DNA of 64,000 nucleotides from the NCBI GenBank assembly GCA_937775265.1, contig CALKBV010000002.1:118538-182537 (forward strand), written 5' to 3'. Positions 52,337 through 62,170 of this stretch are shown piece after piece. The number at the start of each line of letters is the position of its first letter. The stretch's first letter is position 1. A program made the translations under genes and the position numbers. Source of the DNA: an uncultured Pseudomonadales bacterium. Lineage in GTDB: Bacteria; Pseudomonadota; Gammaproteobacteria; Pseudomonadales; Azotimanducaceae. The notes beneath the pieces were generated by a model. The model was not told the origin of the DNA. It did no database searches and saw nothing but the letters and a program-made list of their open reading frames with translations.

Positions 52337-54643
52337 ATGTTTAAAAATATCCATCAAAATTTTAACGCTGCATTATTTGCAACGGCTATAGCGACTTTCG
52401 CTTTAAGTTCATTTTCAAATGAAGCAGCAGCACAGACTGCTGAGAGAAATAGTCTTGCTCTCGAAGAGATTGTTGTCACGGCCAGAAAGAAATCTGAGTC
52501 GATTCAAGATGTTCCAGTAGCTGTTACAGCTATCACAGATCAACTGCGAGAAGGCAGCGTGCGTCGTTTAGAGGACATACAGGCGTTTGCGCCTAACCTG
52601 TTCATTAATCGGACACCGGGTATTGCCAGTGGTGCCGCGATTACGATCCGGGGTGTCGCATCGCTTGAAAGTGACAAGAGCTTTGAGCCCTCTATCGGGG
52701 TGGTGATGGATGGCATGTTCCTGGGAACATCGAGCGGCGTGCTTCTTGATAATTTCGATATCGAGCGCATCGAAGTACTGCGTGGCCCACAGGGAACACT
52801 GTTCGGTAAAAACACGACCGGAGGGATCCTTAATGTCATCCGCACGCCTGTTTCCTTGAATGAAAGGGGTGTCGATCTAAAACTCACAGCTGGCGAGTAC
52901 GGTCGGCAAGATGTGAGTGCCGTTGTTCAACTTCCGATTATCCAAGATACGCTCGGACTTAAATTATTTGCCGCCAAAGTGGAGCATGACGGACACGTCC
53001 GTAACACGACTCGGAACGAAGATGTTGGTGGCGACGATAAAACAAACTACGGCTTCACTGCACTTTGGGCGCCGACGGATAATTTCGATCTGAAAGTGCA
53101 CTATGAAGTCATGGAAGATACGAGCGTGCAGGGCGCGTACGTTAATAGGAACCAAGTGGGCGAGTTAGCCTGTACGCTTACGCAGATTGGCTTTGATCCT
53201 GCAAACGGCTGTGAAAAAGACGCCAACGATGGTCCGGATAAGACTGAGTCTGACGGCGAAAACTTTAGTGACAATGATTACGAGTCAACGATCATCACAG
53301 CGAATTACGACACGGACGCCTTCCTGTATACCTACATCTATTCGAACCGCGACATGGATGAGCAAAACATGCAGGACTTCGACGGTGCGCCGGTCCACCT
53401 TTTGAGGATGAACTTCTTTAATGATTGGGAGCAAACGAGTCACGAATTCAGAGTGACCTCACAATTTTCAGACAAGGTTCAAGTTATCGCCGGCGTTTAT
53501 GATTGGGAAGCTGACTTTGAGCAACGCTGGGATGTTTATGACTTGTTTTACCAGCTATCGCGCCTGGGCGTTCCGCCTTGGGGCGCTGGTAGACAGGGCG
53601 TTGAAGGATACGTCGATGTCTTCCCTTGGGAAGATGATGTTGCTGGTAATAATGGCCAGGCTCAGGTGACTGAATCCTTAGCCGTGTTCGCGTCAGCAGA
53701 CTGGTACTTGAATGAGCAATGGATGCTGACATTGGGTTTCCGTTGGACGGAAGAAGAAAAGGACTTTGTGGGCGGTGCATCTGCGCCTGGCTATTACCCA
53801 GACAGAGGTGAACCATGGCCTGGGGTTTTTAATCCTTACCCTGCGAAGGCCAAATGGACAGAAACAACACCTAAGGTCGGTGTAAGGTACCAGCCTTCAG
53901 ACGACGTCATGTACTACGCGTCATACAGCGAAGGGTTCAAGAGTGGTGGTTTCTTTGCCCGTCAGGCTAATTATAATATCGATCCTTCCTACGAACCTGA
54001 GTATGTTAAAAATTACGAGTTTGGGTGGAAGACAACATTGTTAGACGGAAGAATGATCTTCAACGGTGCAATTTTCAGATCAGAATATGATGACAAGCAA
54101 GAATCTATTTTGATCCCTGTCGATCTTTCAAACGTGGCGACCGTTGTTCGAAATGCTTCTTCGCTTGAAATGACTGGATTGGAATTAGAGGTAATGTACC
54201 AACTGACCGAGGCGTGGGACGTTTTGGCGACCTACGGTTACCTGAATTCGGAATACGATGATTACTTCGCGGACCTCTCTGGCGACGGAATCATTACTGA
54301 CAACTCTGACTTAGTGCCGCGTAATACGCCTGAAAATACCTTTGGCTTAACGACGTCGTACACCGCGAAAGTGGGCAGCGGCGACCTGAAAGCACGAATA
54401 TCTTACCGCTTTAGGGATTCCATGGAGAGTGAGTCTCAAAACAATCCATTAGGTAGCCTCGACAGCATTCATAATGTCAACGCGAACATAAGCTATACGA
54501 TTAACAATTATGGTATATCCGTGTGGGGCAGGAACATCACTGATGAGAGAGAGCAAAGATGGTCAACCATTGGCGGCCTTACTTCTCGCGGCTGGTGGAA
54601 TGAGCCTGCTACTTACGGGGTAACGTTGTCAGCCTCTTTTTAA
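52337..54643 (+). CDS. TonB-dependent receptor
   Basis: It has a signal peptide, a TonB box/plug (EEIVVTARKKSESIQDVPVAVTAI), a beta-barrel and a terminal aromatic residue (...LSASF). An SD GGGGGAG sits upstream of ATG 52337. Confidence 0.9.
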   Translation: MFKNIHQNFNAALFATAIATFALSSFSNEAAAQTAERNSLALEEIVVTARKKSESIQDVPVAVTAITDQLREGSVRRLEDIQAFAPNLFINRTPGIASGAAITIRGVASLESDKSFEPSIGVVMDGMFLGTSSGVLLDNFDIERIEVLRGPQGTLFGKNTTGGILNVIRTPVSLNERGVDLKLTAGEYGRQDVSAVVQLPIIQDTLGLKLFAAKVEHDGHVRNTTRNEDVGGDDKTNYGFTALWAPTDNFDLKVHYEVMEDTSVQGAYVNRNQVGELACTLTQIGFDPANGCEKDANDGPDKTESDGENFSDNDYESTIITANYDTDAFLYTYIYSNRDMDEQNMQDFDGAPVHLLRMNFFNDWEQTSHEFRVTSQFSDKVQVIAGVYDWEADFEQRWDVYDLFYQLSRLGVPPWGAGRQGVEGYVDVFPWEDDVAGNNGQAQVTESLAVFASADWYLNEQWMLTLGFRWTEEEKDFVGGASAPGYYPDRGEPWPGVFNPYPAKAKWTETTPKVGVRYQPSDDVMYYASYSEGFKSGGFFARQANYNIDPSYEPEYVKNYEFGWKTTLLDGRMIFNGAIFRSEYDDKQESILIPVDLSNVATVVRNASSLEMTGLELEVMYQLTEAWDVLATYGYLNSEYDDYFADLSGDGIITDNSDLVPRNTPENTFGLTTSYTAKVGSGDLKARISYRFRDSMESESQNNPLGSLDSIHNVNANISYTINNYGISVWGRNITDEREQRWSTIGGLTSRGWWNEPATYGVTLSASF

Positions 54644-54670
54644 GAACGGCTGTACAATAGCAAAATGATT

Positions 54671-54697
54671 AAGGGCGCTTTATGCGCCCTTTTTTTA
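54671..54697 (+). terminator. Rho-independent terminator after the TonB-dependent receptor
   Basis: The hairpin AAGGGCGC-TTTAT-GCGCCCTT is followed by TTTTTT. Confidence 0.75.
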
Positions 54698-54839
54698 TCT
54701 GAGCCGGGTGGGGTTTCCTTCGATCAGGTCCGATGATTCCTAACTGGACCGACAGCTGTTTACCGCTATTCGTATCACGATGCCCTAGGTCGTTATTTTA
54801 GTGCTAGTCTTGTCTACCCGGCCGAAAGGAACAATTCTG

Positions 54840-55229
54840 ATGCGTTCGATCTTGCTCATCGTGCTCTTGTTAAATGCTTCCCTGGTGTTTGCAGAAACTG
54901 AACCCGCCTCGATGGATGACTACACCACCTGTGCCGTCTATCACAGGATGATGGCAGGCTCTTTCAGGATGAAGGGCGATCTTCAGATCATGGCGGATCT
55001 CGAATCTGAAAAGATGGATGATCTTATCAAAATGTCCAAACTCGCGGCTGCCGAAGAGTATGGCGAGGCCTTCGCAGAAGAATACTTCCTTGAAGGGTGG
55101 CGTGATGTACTCGCCTATATGACCGACCAGATCAACCGCAACTACGAGAACGTCTCCGTGCTAAAGGCAAGATACAAAAAACGATGTGATCGTCTTGGCG
55201 CGTCATTGGTCAGTGGTGCAAAAAAATAG
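54840..55229 (+). CDS. Hypothetical secreted protein
   Basis: It has a signal peptide (MRSILLIVLLLNASLVFA) and a helical, acidic body. I recognise no family. Confidence 0.5.
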   Translation: MRSILLIVLLLNASLVFAETEPASMDDYTTCAVYHRMMAGSFRMKGDLQIMADLESEKMDDLIKMSKLAAAEEYGEAFAEEYFLEGWRDVLAYMTDQINRNYENVSVLKARYKKRCDRLGASLVSGAKK

Positions 55230-55373
55230 CAGCTCTAAACCCTATATTCTTCAAGTGCTTCTTCACGGGCTTCGTTACCGCTCGCCAGAGTCATGGCAGA
55301 CTCAAAAATAGGCTGACTTGCAGAAAAGGCCGAATCATCTAGGATACACAATTCAAATTTTACGGAGCACCTT

Positions 55374-56618
55374 ATGTTGCGAATCTTGGCTTTTGTTTTG
55401 GCCGGCCTACTGACTGCCTGTTCCGATAGCGGCGATACCAAAGTGCAATCCAGCTCGACACCTTCTGTGGCGCTGCCAAATATGCAAAAAATTCTTCAAT
55501 CGAAATTTCTTAACGCCAAACCAGGTGATGTCATAACAATCCCGGCAGGAACGTTTGATTTTCAACGATCGCTCTCGCTAAAAGTTGATGGCGTCACCGT
55601 TCGCGGCGCGGGCATGGATAAAACCATCCTCAACTTCAAGAATCAGATAAGCGGCGCAGAGGGCATACTGGTCACGGCCAGCGATTTCACTATCGAAGAC
55701 CTGGCCATTGAAGACACTAAGGGTGACGCCCTCAAGATCAATGATGGAAAGAACATCGTCGTACGTCGGGTTCGCACTGAATGGACTAATGGACCAGACA
55801 CCGACAATGGTGCCTACGGCATTTATCCAGTGCAAACAGAGAACACACTGATCGAGGGAGTCATAGCTATAGGCGCCTCCGATGCTGGTATCTATGTTGG
55901 TCAGTCTCGTAACGTTGTAGTTCGTGACAGTAGAGCAGAATACAACGTGGCGGGTATCGAGATCGAGAATACGGTAGACGCCGATGTGTACAACAATGTC
56001 GCAACCAACAACACCGGCGGCATACTGGTGTTCAATATGCCTAACCTTTCTCTTGAGGGTGTTAGAACACGAATCTACAACAACCAAGTCGTCGACAACA
56101 ACACGGCGAACTTTGCAGCACCGGGCGGTGCGGTCGCAGGGGTACCTGCGGGCTCAGGTATTTCAATAAATTCCAACGACCTTGTTGAGGTTTTCGACAA
56201 TGACCTTAAGAACAATCAAACCGCCCACATTGTGATCTCAAGCGTCTACTCCACCAACTACAGCGACAGAGATAACGCTTCTTCTTTTGATCCGTATCCA
56301 GAAAAAATATCAATTCATGACAATCGTTATGAGGGTGGAGGTAATGACCCCGACACAAATTATCTTCCACAACTTAAGGCTGCCGTCTTTGGCGAAGAGG
56401 GATCGTTTCCAAACGTTATCTGGGATGGTTTTGTCAATCCAGAACTCGTTGTAGATGGCAAATTGCCAGCCGAGTATCAGATCTGTATCTACAATGAAGC
56501 TTCCAGCGCAGTCTTTAACGTCGATGCGCCAAATCAGTTCGCCAACCCAGGGGTCAACGAGACTGACCACCAGTGCCGGCATAGTCCGCTGCCTGCTGTG
56601 CAGTTAGAGAGCTTTTGA
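55374..56618 (+). CDS. Parallel beta-helix repeat lipoprotein
   Basis: It has a lipobox (LLTAC) and repeated beta-helix turns (GIYVGQSRNVVVRDSRAEYNVAGIEIENTVDADVYNNVATNNTGGILVF). It resembles the family I recall as TIGR03805, which pairs with a diheme cytochrome. Confidence 0.75.
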   Translation: MLRILAFVLAGLLTACSDSGDTKVQSSSTPSVALPNMQKILQSKFLNAKPGDVITIPAGTFDFQRSLSLKVDGVTVRGAGMDKTILNFKNQISGAEGILVTASDFTIEDLAIEDTKGDALKINDGKNIVVRRVRTEWTNGPDTDNGAYGIYPVQTENTLIEGVIAIGASDAGIYVGQSRNVVVRDSRAEYNVAGIEIENTVDADVYNNVATNNTGGILVFNMPNLSLEGVRTRIYNNQVVDNNTANFAAPGGAVAGVPAGSGISINSNDLVEVFDNDLKNNQTAHIVISSVYSTNYSDRDNASSFDPYPEKISIHDNRYEGGGNDPDTNYLPQLKAAVFGEEGSFPNVIWDGFVNPELVVDGKLPAEYQICIYNEASSAVFNVDAPNQFANPGVNETDHQCRHSPLPAVQLESF

Positions 56619-56621
56619 ACG

Positions 56622-57743
56622 TTGCGCCTTAATCCTCTCGCTCTGGCGAGCTTCTTTCTATGCGTATTGGCTCTCGCGGGGTGTGCACCGCAAGCTTCCA
56701 GGTTTCCAGATAAAGATCCCGCCCTACTGTCAGGCTGGTCTCTCATGTCACAGCAGAGCAATCAGTTGGTATTGCACGATGACGTTCACCCGTACCTGCT
56801 CAACGCTAGCTTGTTTACCGACTATGCCCACAAACTTCGTACCATTACCATTCCGGAAGGACACCTGGTCACGGTGAATTCAGAAGGTTCCCTGAATTTT
56901 CCGTTAGGAAGCATCATCAGCAAGACCTTCTACTACCCGAAAGCAGATAGCGGTGTTCTGCAGGCTGATGATGATGGCAGCCTGTTCAAGCCAGATGTCG
57001 GCACAAGGGGTGGCCTTGATCTGACAAAAGTTCACCTAGTGGAGACCCGACTGTTAGTTCACCGACAGTCTGGCTGGGTCGCATTACCCTACGTGTGGAA
57101 CAACGAGCAGACCGAGGCCACCCTGGAAGCTACCGGCGATATCAAATCACTGGAGCTTGTGCACGGTCCAGAGCGTCGGAGCTTCCCTTACATTGTGCCC
57201 GACCAGAACCAATGCGCCGGGTGCCATGGCACCAACACCGCCTCAAAATCAGTCAATCCCATAGGGCCCAAAGTTGCGAACCTGAACCGTAATGGTTATG
57301 ACCGCAATCAAAATCAACTTGAGGCCTGGCAGGCAGACGGCTGGCTTGAGCTCAAAGCCAATCCAGTACCAGCCATGAAAAACTGGCAGGATACTTCAAA
57401 TACTCTTGAAGATAGAGCAAGGTCTTACCTTGATATTAATTGTGGACATTGCCACAGTAAACAGGGTCCGGCGGATACTTCAGGTCTCTATCTGGACATC
57501 GCAACCAAACACAAGATGCGTCTGGGTGAATGCAAATTACCCATCGCTGCGGGCCAGGGCACCGGAGGTAACAAATTCTCTATTGTTCCCGGCAAACCTG
57601 AAGAATCTATTCTCGTCTACCGGATGACTTCCATCGATCCGGGGGCAATGATGCCGGAACTCGGCAGGAGTCTCGTTCACGACGAGGGTGTAGCACTTAT
57701 CGCTGACTGGATCAGTGAAATGAAAGGCAGTTGCAACAACTGA
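56622..57743 (+). CDS. Diheme c-type cytochrome (SO_2930/HNE_0200-like), lipoprotein
   Basis: It has a TTG start, a lipobox (LALAGC) and two CxxCH sites (CAGCHG and CGHCHS). It starts 3 nt after the beta-helix gene. Confidence 0.7.
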   Translation: MRLNPLALASFFLCVLALAGCAPQASRFPDKDPALLSGWSLMSQQSNQLVLHDDVHPYLLNASLFTDYAHKLRTITIPEGHLVTVNSEGSLNFPLGSIISKTFYYPKADSGVLQADDDGSLFKPDVGTRGGLDLTKVHLVETRLLVHRQSGWVALPYVWNNEQTEATLEATGDIKSLELVHGPERRSFPYIVPDQNQCAGCHGTNTASKSVNPIGPKVANLNRNGYDRNQNQLEAWQADGWLELKANPVPAMKNWQDTSNTLEDRARSYLDINCGHCHSKQGPADTSGLYLDIATKHKMRLGECKLPIAAGQGTGGNKFSIVPGKPEESILVYRMTSIDPGAMMPELGRSLVHDEGVALIADWISEMKGSCNN

Positions 57744-57834
57744 GCACCATTTGCACTGGAGAGCTCGAAGGGATGCTCAAAAGGGGACTATGGGCGTTAA
57801 TTGTCTTGCTGCCACGCTAAATCTAATTCTGACG

Positions 57835-58584
57835 TCAGATACAGCGCCCACCATCAACCTCCAGTGCAACGCCCGTAATCATCGCTGCATCGTCACTTGA
57901 TAAATAAAGTGCCGTGGCAGCAATATCTTCGGGCGTTGAGAGCCGGCCCAGAGGGATAGACGCGATGAATTTTTCTCTTGTTGCCAGCGTATCGCCACCC
58001 ATGAAGGAAGCCAACAAAGGCGTTTCACCCGCAACCGGGCAAATAGCATTAACTCGAATGCCGGCGGGGGCCAACTCTATTGCCATAGATTTGGTCGCCG
58101 TCACCATCCAACCTTTGGACGCGTTATACCAGGTCAGATTGGCCCTTGGGCTAAGCGCCGCCGTCGAGGCGATATTAACGATCGCGCCAGCACCGGCCTT
58201 TTTCATCCAGGGCACGCCATACTTGCTGGTGTAAAATACGCTTTTAGCATTGACCGCAAATACTTTGTCGAAGTCTTCCTCGGTAACATCCTCCATTTGC
58301 ATGGGAAGGTGGGTTGTCCCCGCATTGTTGACGAGAATGTCGAGAGAATCCCATCGCGACCTTAGTTTGGCAAAGGTTTCGCTGACACTGCCGGAATCCG
58401 TCAAGTTGGCATATTCAAAGTGCACTCTGTCTGTTCCTAAAGAATCAATCAGCGCATTGGCCCCGGCTTCATTCAAGTCAACAATCGCAACCTTGGCTCC
58501 TTCCGCAAGAAACCTGGTCACGATCCCAGCGCCAAAACCTGAAGCTCCTCCCGTCACCACAGCAGTTTTATCCGTCAATTTCAC
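57835..58584 (-). CDS. SDR-family oxidoreductase
   Basis: It has the TGGASGFG cofactor motif and the YNASK catalytic motif. Confidence 0.88.
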   Translation of the reverse strand: MKLTDKTAVVTGGASGFGAGIVTRFLAEGAKVAIVDLNEAGANALIDSLGTDRVHFEYANLTDSGSVSETFAKLRSRWDSLDILVNNAGTTHLPMQMEDVTEEDFDKVFAVNAKSVFYTSKYGVPWMKKAGAGAIVNIASTAALSPRANLTWYNASKGWMVTATKSMAIELAPAGIRVNAICPVAGETPLLASFMGGDTLATREKFIASIPLGRLSTPEDIAATALYLSSDDAAMITGVALEVDGGRCI

Positions 58585-59879
58585 TCGGTCTGTTCTCCGG
58601 AAAGTAATTCATAAGTTGCAATCGCCATGACCTTTGCAGATTCAACCATATCGGTGACACCAACATATTCGTTAGCCTGGTGAGCCAAATCAAGGATACC
58701 TGGTCCGTAAGCAATACAATCCTTTAACTTGCCAATACGATCAATATGCTTTTGATCATAAGTTCCCGGGGAAACCACATACTCCGGTTCTCGGTCAAAC
58801 ACCCTAGAAATACCTCGAGCGACAGACTGAACAACAGGTGCATTCTGATCGGTCATTGATGGCACTACTTCGAACAGGTCCTTAAGTGAATAGGAAAAGT
58901 TCTCTCTGGATTTCGTCAGCCCCTCAAGAAGACTCTGCACTTCGAGCTTAACCTCTGACAGTTGCTCCTCAATCAAAAATCTTCTGTCGAGCACGATTCG
59001 ACAGGAATCAGCAACCATGGGTGCTGGAAACCCTGCAAAGCCTTCTGCCAGTCCGCCGTGAATGGAGTTAATGTTCAGGGTAGACTGTTTCGCGCCTTCC
59101 GGTACCACGGGCATTGCAGTTACTTTCCGTTGTAGGGATGGAAATAATTTCTGCTCAAATTCATCAAGCACGGCGGTCATATGTCGAATAGCGCTATCAC
59201 CAAGGAACGGCATCGACCCATGAGCCACCGTGCCAAATGTTTCTAATTCAGACCACCAGACACCTCGATGACCAAGACAAATTCTGTCTTTATTCAGCGG
59301 CTCGGGAATGATCACATGATCTATTCTAGGTACAGCCATCCAACCCTTCTCGGCGAGGTATGCGACACCACCGTAGCCCCCGGTTTCTTCATCCGCGGTA
59401 CCTGAGATTTCTATGGATCCAGAATAGCCTGGCATCCATTCAAGCAGCGCCTCGACGGCGATGATTGATGCCGCCAGACCACCTTTCATATCACAGGTTC
59501 CACGACCAAAAATCTTGCCATCTATTAATTTTGCATCAAAGGGATCGTCATCCCAACCCAGCCCCGGAGGGACGACATCGATGTGGGAATTAAAATGGAC
59601 GCAGGGACCCGACCGGTTGCCTTCTTTCCTCGCGATGATATTCAACCTGGGATATTGCTCATCGTCACCAGGCGTGCCTTCTGCCCTGATGATATTGATT
59701 TCGAATCCTCGATCTTCCAACCGACTTCTTAGCAGTTCAATGCAGTCACCATAATAATCCCCCGGCGGATTGATCGTTGGAATTCGCACAAGCGCCTGAG
59801 TCAACTGAATCAGTTCTTCTTCTTTGCTTTCAATCAAAGCCAGCAACTTATCGATTGAGGGTTTCACATTACTCACCAT
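58581..59879 (-). CDS. M20-family (ArgE/DapE-type) deacylase/peptidase
   Basis: It has HFNSHIDVVP and GRGTCDMKGG metal-binding motifs. It overlaps the SDR gene by 4 nt. Confidence 0.85.
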   Translation of the reverse strand: MVSNVKPSIDKLLALIESKEEELIQLTQALVRIPTINPPGDYYGDCIELLRSRLEDRGFEINIIRAEGTPGDDEQYPRLNIIARKEGNRSGPCVHFNSHIDVVPPGLGWDDDPFDAKLIDGKIFGRGTCDMKGGLAASIIAVEALLEWMPGYSGSIEISGTADEETGGYGGVAYLAEKGWMAVPRIDHVIIPEPLNKDRICLGHRGVWWSELETFGTVAHGSMPFLGDSAIRHMTAVLDEFEQKLFPSLQRKVTAMPVVPEGAKQSTLNINSIHGGLAEGFAGFPAPMVADSCRIVLDRRFLIEEQLSEVKLEVQSLLEGLTKSRENFSYSLKDLFEVVPSMTDQNAPVVQSVARGISRVFDREPEYVVSPGTYDQKHIDRIGKLKDCIAYGPGILDLAHQANEYVGVTDMVESAKVMAIATYELLSGEQTE

Positions 59880-60043
59880 CCACTCCTGATTGACGCTCCG
59901 TTAACCGCCCCTTAGTAGGAACTGCCACTAACTCTCTTCAAACTTTTTGACCCTTCGAGCCTAAGTTCTGAGGGCACGTTTAATGAGCAGCAATTCAAGG
60001 CTTGCGGTGACCATATCAAAAAACTCATGTTGGAACCTTCTAC

Positions 60044-60075
60044 ATTACTGCATTACTGCATTACTGCATTACTGC
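60044..60075. repeat. Tandem 8-bp repeat (attactgc) x4
   Basis: Direct reading shows four perfect units. It lies 165-196 bp upstream of the M20 gene start. Confidence 0.9.
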
Positions 60076-60840
60076 AAAGTTACTTCAATAAAATCACACG
60101 CGGTATAACCACTACCTTCGACTCGATCATTAAGCGATTGCCCAAGAAGCCCTACATCAAATGTCCAACGGCAAAGAAACAGCTCAGACAAGGCTCGAAT
60201 CAGGACGTCAGCAGCCTCAAATTCGAGGGCCCTTTCAGCGATCAAGCGCATGGCCTCACTAACGCAGGGTATCACCACCCCATACCCCTTTGAACCGCTG
60301 GTCTTAAGCCCAGCCCTTCAAAGCATCGCGGGTAAACAGCCATTATAAATCGCATTTTTCCAGGATTTGGCAATATCCTGATCAGGAATTTTCTGGATTA
60401 AAAGACTCTGTAAGCAGCCTGAGATAGCGTTACCGGTCACCTTCCCATTGTGATTCAAGAATTAGTCCCAGCATGAGGTTCGCAGAATTCACGATTTCCA
60501 TACTGCGCGTAGATAGCTAATTATATGACCGGCGGATGGTACCTACTATGGGAGGTTCAGAAGTAGCACCTGTCTTGGAATTATTAAGTAAGAAGTATAA
60601 CCTCCCGGTTCGCCCGGGGGCGTTGCCAGCGGTTATGTATGGTTATTCCAGTTAGCGCCTCACAAGAATGCATGAGGGATGTGCATCTAGTCAGTTTTAA
60701 CCGGTAAACATTGATAGTCGATTCTCTTAAATGCGACGGTTGTGACATTAACATTTCCGCTCGTTAAGCGAATTTCTGTAACCCCCATCAATAGGGATCA
60801 ATTCGGGTCCCGTTTAATTTAAAGATTAGAGGAAAGAATC

Positions 60841-61965
60841 TTGAGTGACGAAAAATCAAAAGAATTACGAACAAATATTACCAGTGCTGGAAAATTAGAG
60901 CTTTCGATTCTATCCGTACCAATGCCGCAACCTAAAGATGGCGAAGTGCTTATTAGAGTTGAAGCGACGCCAATTAACCCTTCTGATCTAGGTTTGTTGT
61001 TGGGGCCGGCGGATGTTTCTACGATGACGATTGCCGGATCTGGTGACGATGCCGTTGTGAGCATGGATGTGCCCGAAGCTATGATGCCTGCAATGGCAGC
61101 AAGAGTTGACAAGCCGCTACCTGCCGGAAATGAAGGTGCAGGTGTTGTGATTGCAGCTGGCGCTGGTGCTGAAGACATGGTCGGTAAAACGATCAGCGTG
61201 GCCGGCGGAGCAATGTACTCGCAGTATCGATGCGTACCTGCAGCCAGTTGTTTAGTGATGAACGAGGGTACCACTCCAGCACAAGGTGCGTCATGTTTTG
61301 TCAATCCACTGACAGCCCTTGGCATGGTTGAAACCATGAAAATGGAAAACCACACGGCGTTGGTGCACACCGCTGCAGCGTCAAACCTGGGACAGATGTT
61401 AGTGAAAATTTGTTTGGCCGACGGTGTTCAATTGGTCAATATAGTCCGGAAAAAAGAACACGTAGAGCTGCTAAAAGCTTTAGGTGCTGTACATGTTTGT
61501 GATTCCAGCGAATCGACTTTTAAAGAAGATCTTGTCGATGCGTTAGTTGCAACCGGCGCGACGATCGCTTTTGACGCAACCGGGGGCGGTGGACTGTCTA
61601 GCCAGATTTTGACCGCGATGGAAATAGCCGCGAATAGAACCGCTGACGGACATAGTATTTATGGGTCAACTACCTATAAACAGGTCTATATCTACGGTGG
61701 GCTGGATCGCTCAGCGACAGTTTTAAACCGCGCGTTTGGAATGTCTTGGGGTCTCGGCGGATGGCTGTTAACCCCATTTATCGGAAAAATTGGTATGGAA
61801 AAGTTTGGCGAATTACGCCAACGGGTGGCAAATGAGATAAAGACAACTTTTGACAGCCACTACACTCAGGAGATTTCGTTAGCAGATGTGCTAAGAGCTG
61901 ATGCAATCAACGCCTATTCCAAACAAGCAACCGGTGAAAAGTTTTTAATAAAACCTCATCAGTAA
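60841..61965 (+). CDS. MDR-superfamily NAD(P)H-dependent oxidoreductase (quinone/enoyl reductase-like)
   Basis: It has a GroES-like N-terminus (GEVLIRVEATPINPSD) and a Rossmann region (AAASNLGQ). The TTG start has a GAGGAAAG SD. No Zn-ligand motifs are present. Confidence 0.75.
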   Translation: MSDEKSKELRTNITSAGKLELSILSVPMPQPKDGEVLIRVEATPINPSDLGLLLGPADVSTMTIAGSGDDAVVSMDVPEAMMPAMAARVDKPLPAGNEGAGVVIAAGAGAEDMVGKTISVAGGAMYSQYRCVPAASCLVMNEGTTPAQGASCFVNPLTALGMVETMKMENHTALVHTAAASNLGQMLVKICLADGVQLVNIVRKKEHVELLKALGAVHVCDSSESTFKEDLVDALVATGATIAFDATGGGGLSSQILTAMEIAANRTADGHSIYGSTTYKQVYIYGGLDRSATVLNRAFGMSWGLGGWLLTPFIGKIGMEKFGELRQRVANEIKTTFDSHYTQEISLADVLRADAINAYSKQATGEKFLIKPHQ

Positions 61966-61981
61966 TCCTTGTCGCAGAAGC

Positions 61982-62012
61982 AAAAGAGCCTGGCTATAAG
62001 CCGGGCTCTTTT
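61982..62012. terminator. Bidirectional hairpin terminator between convergent genes
   Basis: The hairpin AAAGAGCCTGG-CTATAAG-CCGGGCTCTTT is flanked by A and T runs. Confidence 0.65.
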
Positions 62013-62170
62013 ATTCGCGCTAACTGATCTCCCGACACCCCTAACAAGTTTCACTTCCCGCAGAGAATATTCATCAGCCAGAACACACGCCTCTTTACCC
62101 GCTGGCGAAGGAACACTGGTCTGGGTTCCAAATGATCTTCGGAGAGACAAGGAAGCCTGGGCGAGGCTCA

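Noticed and set aside
55578-56087. 169-aa minus-strand ORF
   Set aside because: It is antisense to the beta-helix lipoprotein gene and mirrors its repeat periodicity.
60819-61370. 183-aa minus-strand ORF
   Set aside because: It is antisense to the MDR oxidoreductase. It is an Ala/Pro/Ser-rich shadow frame.
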